A DNA stretch of 61,579 nucleotides from Candidatus Thorarchaeota archaeon (lineage in GTDB: Archaea; Asgardarchaeota; Thorarchaeia; Thorarchaeales; Thorarchaeaceae). The stretch is taken from NCBI GenBank assembly GCA_016839445.1, contig JAEOUG010000032.1, positions 1-61,579 of the forward strand, given 5' to 3'. The notes under the pieces are model-generated. The model was not told where the DNA came from and searched no databases. It saw only the letters and a program-made list of their open reading frames with translations. Positions 55,408 to 61,579 of the stretch are shown one piece after another (position 1 is the first letter of the stretch; the number at the start of each line of letters is the position of its first letter). Position numbers and translations under genes: made by a program.

Positions 55408-56388
55408 TCAGGAATAGGAGGACAGAAGCTGTTCGAGCCGTCTTCTCTGTAGGCGAGGCTTCTTCTTTGCGGGGAAGGGAAACAGAGTCTGGACGGATTC
55501 AACTGCGGGGTTCTGGTAGATCTGTCGAGACAGGTTTTCTGCCTCTCTAAGGTGATCTATGACGAATACACTGAGCATCATGGGTGCGGAGGCAGACACG
55601 TGAGAGTCGTAGTAGATACCAGAGAACTCCTTGTCCAACCACCTGATGATACTGACATGGTCAGCCTTCTCACTATCCCAATGTATCTGGGCGTAGTAGG
55701 TCACCCCAGGGTCCACATTGAGATTGACTCGTGCGACAAACCGTAGGCCTCCACCCTGTTGTAGCTGGCCAAGAATCCTGCGGACTCTCCGGGGTGTGAG
55801 GCCTGTCATCCCTGCAATCTCAGTTGCTGGCATTCTAGCGTCTTCGAGCAGGCAACGAAGAACTCTGACTTGGAGCGGCGAGAACTCCACGATCTGACCT
55901 TCTGAAGTCAGCTCCCTGTGAATCTCAACCTCGTGCACACCATCAACACTACTGAGGAAGTCCTCGAAGGCTCCAGGACCCATGGAGCGATCATACTGAG
56001 CAAAGATGATGCACCCGCCGTCTGAAAGACTACCAGCGGAGTATACGTGAGAGTCGTCCACGACTCTGGTCAGGACCCCCTGCTCGCGGTCCTTGCCCTT
56101 GATATGGACAAGAGCGATGTAGGAAACAGCATTTGCCATTGCGTAGTCCAGGTATACTGCGAAGTTGTGAATTGCCCCGCTCTCCACAAGTCGATTCATT
56201 CGCTTCTTCGCGGCATTCGCTGTCATCCCAAGCTCTCGGCCGAGCTCTTGGTAGGACACACGGCAGTCTCTCTCAAGTGCTCTCAGAATGCCTATGTCGA
56301 CCGAGTCCAATCCACGCACCACGGTCAAGTTGCTGTAGTCTTGACCAAGAGGCACCGTGTGAATCCCACTGTAAAAGTGTAGTGCCAT
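55408..56388 (-). CDS. Tandem (double) Lrp/AsnC family regulator
   Basis: Two HTH units: LDSVD..L..DCRVSYQELG..RL..SGAI and VLRCLLEDARMP..EIA..RRIL. Start may be further downstream. Confidence 0.82.
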   Translation of the reverse strand: MALHFYSGIHTVPLGQDYSNLTVVRGLDSVDIGILRALERDCRVSYQELGRELGMTANAAKKRMNRLVESGAIHNFAVYLDYAMANAVSYIALVHIKGKDREQGVLTRVVDDSHVYSAGSLSDGGCIIFAQYDRSMGPGAFEDFLSSVDGVHEVEIHRELTSEGQIVEFSPLQVRVLRCLLEDARMPATEIAGMTGLTPRRVRRILGQLQQGGGLRFVARVNLNVDPGVTYYAQIHWDSEKADHVSIIRWLDKEFSGIYYDSHVSASAPMMLSVFVIDHLREAENLSRQIYQNPAVESVQTLFPFPAKKKPRLQRRRLEQLLSSYS

Positions 56389-56403
56389 GAGTGAAACGCG
56401 ATG

Positions 56404-56745
56404 TCAGAAGTAGTTGATTGTTATCAGGAAGAGCTCTTCGTTTCCCGTGTTACGATAGCCGTGAGCGGTCCCTGCAGACACCCTGACGACCATTTGAGGT
56501 GAGATGTCATACTTCTCCTGACCTATCCACCCCTCTCCGGAGCCTCCAAGAAAGCAGAACACGTGGTGATATTGATCCGTGTGTGTGGAGAACTCACATC
56601 CCGGAGGAACCTTTGTGATGGACACGCTTTGAGTAGCCGCACCCTTGGGAACGAGCCCATGACCCAGCACACCTGTTGCCACGCCCGGCCGAACTGGACT
56701 CCACTCAAGGTGTTTCCAGCTGACTGCCTTGTTGCTCTCTATCAT
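56404..56745 (-). CDS. Cupin domain protein
   Basis: PG....HT...H...L.G.G and AGTAHGYRNTG. Confidence 0.85.
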   Translation of the reverse strand: MIESNKAVSWKHLEWSPVRPGVATGVLGHGLVPKGAATQSVSITKVPPGCEFSTHTDQYHHVFCFLGGSGEGWIGQEKYDISPQMVVRVSAGTAHGYRNTGNEELFLITINYF

Positions 56746-56861
56746 TGAAATGTCCTCGCCACTCTTGTCGGAGATGATGATAGAGAATCTGCGTATTACT
56801 GTCTACCGGAGTGGAATCATGTGTGGCTGGCATCACGCCACAACCAGCTGCATCTTGGAGT

Positions 56862-56909
56862 TCGACAAATCGCTAACTGATTCTCGACAAATTGAGTAAC
56901 CCTATTAAG
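56862..56909 (+). promoter_or_regulatory. TATA-like box with two upstream direct repeats
   Basis: TCGACAAAT at 56862 and 56884; CTATTAAG at 56902, about 32 nt before ATG 56941. Confidence 0.35.
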
Positions 56910-56940
56910 GCGGATAGACGCCCTCCAGTGGCCAAGGGGA

Positions 56941-58026
56941 ATGTCATTGTCCGATTACCTGACAACTCTCAAGGAGGAAGTGGAAAAGGTTGAGCGTGCG
57001 CTGCACGAGTTTCTCAGCCTCAAGATAAAGCAGGTCGAGCACCTCGGCTCATGGCACAAGACATACTACGAGAACGTGAAGGAGTACATGACACGTGGTG
57101 GAAAACGGCTCAGACCCGTGCTTGTAGTGATTGGTCACAAGGCAATCAGCGAAGACGCTGACGAGAAGAGGCTCTACCGCGCAGCGTGCTCAGTAGAGAT
57201 CCTGCACAACGGATCACTTCTCCACGATGATCTCATAGACCACGATGAAACCCGTCGAGGTGGAAAGACATTCCACGCAACGTACCGAGACCTTGTGCGA
57301 GGCAGTGGGGCCAGCAAGGAGGCCGCAGACAACTACGGCATGACGATGGCCATTCTCGGAGGGGACTCGCTAATCAACCTTGGAGCACAGGCAATAACCT
57401 CGGCGAATCTTGATCCGGACGTAGGTGTGAAGTGCCAAGACCTCTACCAGACTGCATTCGAAGGATTGGTGGACGGTGTCCTGCTTGAGATGCACATGAT
57501 TGAGGACCCAGAGGCAAACCCCGAGATGTATCTCGAAATGGTGAGCATGAAGACGGCCATACTCTTCGACAAGTCTCTTGTGATGGGTGCAACTATTGCG
57601 CGGGCTTCTGACTCGCAGATTGCAGCTCTGAAGGAGTTTGGCATAAAGGTGGGTCAAGCTTTCCAGGTTCAGGATGACATCCTGGGTTCATTTGGTGATG
57701 AGGAGAAGACGGGCAAGTCGGCCTCAGGTGATATCAGAGAGGGAAAGAAGACGATGCTTGTCTTTGAGGCATATGCACGTGCCTCTTCTGAACAGCGCAG
57801 GAAGCTAGACCAGCTGCTTGGAAAGGACAACATGACTGAGGATGAGGTCGAGGAAGTACGGGCAGTCTTCCGTGACTCAGAAGCCCTCGAGGTATGCCAG
57901 AAGCGAATGGATGAGCTACTGACCAGCGGCCAGAAGGCGCTGGATAAGGCATCGCCCCCACTCGTTCCTCGCTACAAGGACTTCATGATCACCATTTCGG
58001 ACTTCCTGATTAAGAGAGACTACTAG
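56941..58026 (+). CDS. idsA: Geranylgeranyl diphosphate synthase (polyprenyl synthetase)
   Basis: GGKRLRP, LLHDDLIDHDETRRG, KTA, FQVQDDILG, GDIREGKKT. Confidence 0.92.
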   Translation: MSLSDYLTTLKEEVEKVERALHEFLSLKIKQVEHLGSWHKTYYENVKEYMTRGGKRLRPVLVVIGHKAISEDADEKRLYRAACSVEILHNGSLLHDDLIDHDETRRGGKTFHATYRDLVRGSGASKEAADNYGMTMAILGGDSLINLGAQAITSANLDPDVGVKCQDLYQTAFEGLVDGVLLEMHMIEDPEANPEMYLEMVSMKTAILFDKSLVMGATIARASDSQIAALKEFGIKVGQAFQVQDDILGSFGDEEKTGKSASGDIREGKKTMLVFEAYARASSEQRRKLDQLLGKDNMTEDEVEEVRAVFRDSEALEVCQKRMDELLTSGQKALDKASPPLVPRYKDFMITISDFLIKRDY

Positions 58027-58074
58027 ACTCCAGGTTCTAGAATTCGTGTCTCCAAAATCGCCAAGCGGCTGCTA

Positions 58075-58947
58075 TTGGTGTCAGAGCCATTGCCGGGAAC
58101 TCGGTGCTCAGAAGTACACAAGAGAGTTCAAGAGCAACATGCCCCACTCAGATACGTGGTCAGAGTGTCCGAGAGCGAGAGTAGGAAAGAGGAAGATTCA
58201 AGGTGGTCACTACGAGATGTGCTCGACCTAGCCTTCTCTTTGATGTTCGTCGTAGTCCTCTTTTCGGGCCTCTTTCTACTGTACCTAGCATCGTTCTATG
58301 TCCAATCATACTTCTGGGGAGTAGAGATCTGGCCTGGCACATATGCGGACTACTGGGGAGTAAGGCTCTTCGACGCTTACTACTTCATTTTCTACTCGGG
58401 GTTCTATCTCCTTATTGCGGCGTCAGTCCTCTTCATTGCTCGGATTGCCCTCGACACCAGGAGGGCTTCCTATACAGAGTCGGATTCCGCAAGGTGGCAT
58501 CTCAGGTTTGGTCTTCTTCTTCCTGCAATCCTCACATGGGGTATTCCTCAAGGAACCTTCTATGGCGGCGTCAGACCCGGATTCGTCATCACCGGAGTCA
58601 TTACACCCCTTTACAACTACGTCTTCAGTGGCCTCTACGGACTTGACGCGAGCTTTGTTCTGACCACTGGATGGAGCCCGTTCTATCTACTGGGAGTCCT
58701 CCAGTTCTTCATTGCATTGACGCAGTACGTAGCCTTGAAGAGATACGAGGCGCGCAGGATAGGTCTCAGGCTGTTCCTGATTCCGATTCTAGCCAGCCTC
58801 GTTCAGAGTGCCCTGCTCTTTGGCATTGGTTTGCCGGAGATTCTGTGCGCTGTGGAAGATCTGGCACTAGCGACTCTTCCAGTCCCAATCTTCACCATCG
58901 GGATTCTGATACGTGCCGCGGCACGACCTACTCGCATGAGCCAGTAG
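58075..58947 (+). CDS. Hypothetical multi-pass membrane protein
   Basis: About 6 hydrophobic segments; start possibly GTG 58165. Confidence 0.6.
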   Translation: MVSEPLPGTRCSEVHKRVQEQHAPLRYVVRVSESESRKEEDSRWSLRDVLDLAFSLMFVVVLFSGLFLLYLASFYVQSYFWGVEIWPGTYADYWGVRLFDAYYFIFYSGFYLLIAASVLFIARIALDTRRASYTESDSARWHLRFGLLLPAILTWGIPQGTFYGGVRPGFVITGVITPLYNYVFSGLYGLDASFVLTTGWSPFYLLGVLQFFIALTQYVALKRYEARRIGLRLFLIPILASLVQSALLFGIGLPEILCAVEDLALATLPVPIFTIGILIRAAARPTRMSQ

Positions 58948-59058
58948 ATGGCCTTGATGCGGGGCATATGAGAATCGTGGTGGGCTCTTCTTCGTGAGGC
59001 CATCTTGATGACGGCCAAGGAATCATCCACTTGGGGTTATGTTTGGGAACTGCTCCGT

Positions 59059-59628
59059 TTAGTCCTCAGGACAGAGCTTCTTTCCGACTGAGAAGGCTTC
59101 TGCAACTCTCTCTCCGAGAAGCCAATAGGCCGAGGGAGGCTGAGTGTATGCTAGTTGTCCAATCTTCTCTTGGTCTAGTTTACCGTCTGTCAGGAAGCGC
59201 TCCTCTGTGTAGATGTGCTTGACCTCCCCGACTATGAGTAGCCGCTCAACCATCTCTAGCACATCGAACACTGTAAGCTCGATGCAGACCGGACACTCCT
59301 TGATCATGGGGACATCTCCCAGTTCTCCGTAGAATGTTGTGAAGAGCTTCGACTTGTCCTCCTTTGCTCCCGAAGTGATACCGCAGTAGTCGAGCTCGAC
59401 AACTAGATCTCTGTCAGGTATGTTAATGCTGAACTTGCCCTGTTCACGAATTCCTTTTGCAGTATACCTGTCCTTCGCCACGGAGAACAGCCAGAGATGG
59501 GGCTTGAAGGAGATTCTCGTCAGCCATGCCAAGTTCATGAAGTTCGGCTTGCCATCTACTATGGCCCCCACCAGAACCGCAGGCTTCGGAAAGGGTGCGA
59601 TGCCGTTGTCAATCTCTATCTTGCTCAT
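59059..59628 (-). CDS. Flavin reductase family (flavoredoxin-like) protein
   Basis: P.PAVLVG..DGKPNFM..AW, FSINIP, DYCG..SG...DK, PMIKECP. ATG 59628 after AAGGAG. Confidence 0.88.
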   Translation of the reverse strand: MSKIEIDNGIAPFPKPAVLVGAIVDGKPNFMNLAWLTRISFKPHLWLFSVAKDRYTAKGIREQGKFSINIPDRDLVVELDYCGITSGAKEDKSKLFTTFYGELGDVPMIKECPVCIELTVFDVLEMVERLLIVGEVKHIYTEERFLTDGKLDQEKIGQLAYTQPPSAYWLLGERVAEAFSVGKKLCPED

Positions 59629-59709
59629 AATTGGAATACCACTCCTTTGAGTATTAAGCGCGCCGCACCACGCTGTGCGAAATCGAGCTTGCCGCATGCA
59701 GACGCTGAA

Positions 59710-59763
59710 GCAGATAGTTGTGAGGTTTGTCGAGCTCTGACGGACAGAGCTCCTCCTGTCTGC
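59710..59763. other. Extended stem-loop downstream of the Sm-like gene
   Basis: Inner GAGCTCTG-ACGGA-CAGAGCTC; outer GCAGATAG/CTGTCTGC. Confidence 0.4.
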
Positions 59764-59822
59764 ACTACCACTCATCTCTGCATAATAGACTGCAGCTGTG
59801 AATCATTAGATGGAGAACTAGG

Positions 59823-60038
59823 TCATCCGTCGCGAGGATACACCATGACCACGTTCCGCAGGTTGTACAGCACTGGAAGATTCTCGCCCTTCTTGGCTCG
59901 TTTGATGATTAGGAAGCCGTCAGTGAAAACGTCCTCTAGGACACCTTCATCCCTTACGGCCCCAGGTATGGGAACCACAACCACGGTCTTGCCAATGTAC
60001 TCTCTTAATCGCTCCAGTAGTGATACTCTGGTAGACAC
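59823..60038 (-). CDS. Small Sm/LSm-like fold protein
   Basis: LREYIGKTVVV...G....GVLEDV..DGFLII...VLYNLRNVVMVYP; strong SD GGAGAGGTGA. Confidence 0.55.
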   Translation of the reverse strand: MSTRVSLLERLREYIGKTVVVVPIPGAVRDEGVLEDVFTDGFLIIKRAKKGENLPVLYNLRNVVMVYPRDG

Positions 60039-60201
60039 TCCATCACCTCTCCGTGGAAACGTTGCTCCGTTTCTGTTTCAGTAGTGAAACAACAGTCCGT
60101 TGTTGCTTCCTTCTAGATATACTCTTGTGCCCACAGATATCGAGCACGTGCTGATTGGTCAGAATCACTTGGAGGAAGCTTCGGTGGGCTCGGGTTCGCT
60201 T

Positions 60202-60798
60202 CTAGGAAACACCTCTTCGCTTGCCTCGAATAGTCCCGACTAGGCCGACCACTGCTATGAACCCGGCAAGTGCCAGCCCACCTACGAACAGATGTGTTCC
60301 AAGTGCATACATCTCTTCATAGCCTGGATCAATGTATGTGACCGACCCATCGCTATGCATTGCAGTATTGAATATGTGGTAGAAGTCAACTGTCGCATTG
60401 GTGTCGATCCAGTTGACTGTTACATTGAAATCTTGATTGAAGTTGCTCGATGGATCTGCAGTGGGATACTGCAACAGCACTTCATGCACTCCCGGATCCA
60501 GACCATATGTAGCGATTGTTTCATTCGTTTCACAGCTCACGGTGATCGAGACATTCCCGCCGGTAACGTTGAACTCCTGAATGCTGAGCTGCTCTCCATA
60601 GAGTGTTTCTGTGGCCACTGGAGAGGAGCTACTCACCTCCAGGGATACTTCATCGCCTCCAACCATTCCTCCCCACCACCAGTCAGTGGGTCCAATTCCA
60701 GTGTGGATCAACGTCCGACTGTACAGTAGAACTACGCTTCCAGGTACAAGAGCCAGAATAATCAACACAGATACAGCTTTGACATTCATCTCTGTCAC
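60202..60798 (-). CDS. Hypothetical exported protein with N- and C-terminal TM anchors
   Basis: Hydrophobic termini, beta-rich middle with several NxS/T sequons, basic tail. Confidence 0.65.
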   Translation of the reverse strand: MTEMNVKAVSVLIILALVPGSVVLLYSRTLIHTGIGPTDWWWGGMVGGDEVSLEVSSSSPVATETLYGEQLSIQEFNVTGGNVSITVSCETNETIATYGLDPGVHEVLLQYPTADPSSNFNQDFNVTVNWIDTNATVDFYHIFNTAMHSDGSVTYIDPGYEEMYALGTHLFVGGLALAGFIAVVGLVGTIRGKRRGVS

Positions 60799-61179
60799 CG
60801 AATTGCGCGATTCCTCAAGCCAAGCCCGTCTTACATGGAGATGAAACTCCGATTAATGTTCTTGTGTGCGAAGAGGCCAATCGGAAGTGGGAAGCAGGTG
60901 TGATTCACTATGGCGAACTCCGATGACCTCTACATGTATACAGTAGGACAGTGCGGTCCTGAGGTGATTGTACATGTGGGGTTAACCATACTGAATCCGG
61001 GTGACAGTGCTGCCAAGCCAAGAGACAGTCATAGAGCCAGTCCTCTCAACGGACGGAGGATAGAAACCACTGACTCTCACTAAGCAGCTGTCAATGAAAA
61101 ATAAGACAACAAAGGATGGAATACGTCGATTACACAACTCGCTTGGACAACTCTAGGTACTGTGCGAAACACACTTTCA

Positions 61180-61579
<400 letters not shown>

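Noticed and set aside
60910-61083. 57-aa + strand ORF (MANSDDLYMY...) with SD-like AGGTGTGA
   Set aside because: No recognisable motif, and it lies in the rRNA trailer region; it cannot be distinguished from chance.

Overview
Gene-dense archaeal chromosomal segment. The window ends in the 3' part of an archaeal 23S rRNA gene on the minus strand. An enlarged helix-98/ES39 expansion, LRR, zinc-ribbon and tandem-Lrp proteins, and membrane-anchored surface peptidases point to an Asgard archaeon, probably Thorarchaeia-like; this is inference, not a database result. Metabolic content includes a six-gene membrane-bound group 4 [NiFe]-hydrogenase in complex-I order (A-B-C-D-H-I), a 2-hydroxyacyl-CoA dehydratase/activator operon with a divergent acyl-CoA ligase, and a group 3b (sulfhydrogenase-type) hydrogenase. 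It also carries AhcY, MsrA, a short AlaRS, DUF47/PiT phosphate uptake genes, acyl-CoA dehydrogenase, a Zn-ferredoxin and GGPP synthase. The best candidate for an undescribed system is at about 43.0-49.4 kb. An ABC exporter (ATPase plus large permease) is transcribed divergently from a split-HTH, Cys-rich regulator, four tandem paralogous membrane-anchored bacterial-PH (bPH_2/YdbS-like) proteins and a 40-aa membrane peptide. The shared intergenic region holds four phased GTAAA-N2-TTTAC palindromes. Other oddities: a circularly permuted family-5 solute-binding protein, a TRASH-like domain upstream of the first canonical start codon, a shared 'CQNC' zinc-ribbon repeat, a membrane-tethered Zn-ribbon/winged-helix protein, a C2HC-NYN RNase between duplicated transporters, and small ORFs missed by the ORF track. 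No CRISPR array, tRNA or mobile element was recognised. All family calls come from motif recognition by eye.
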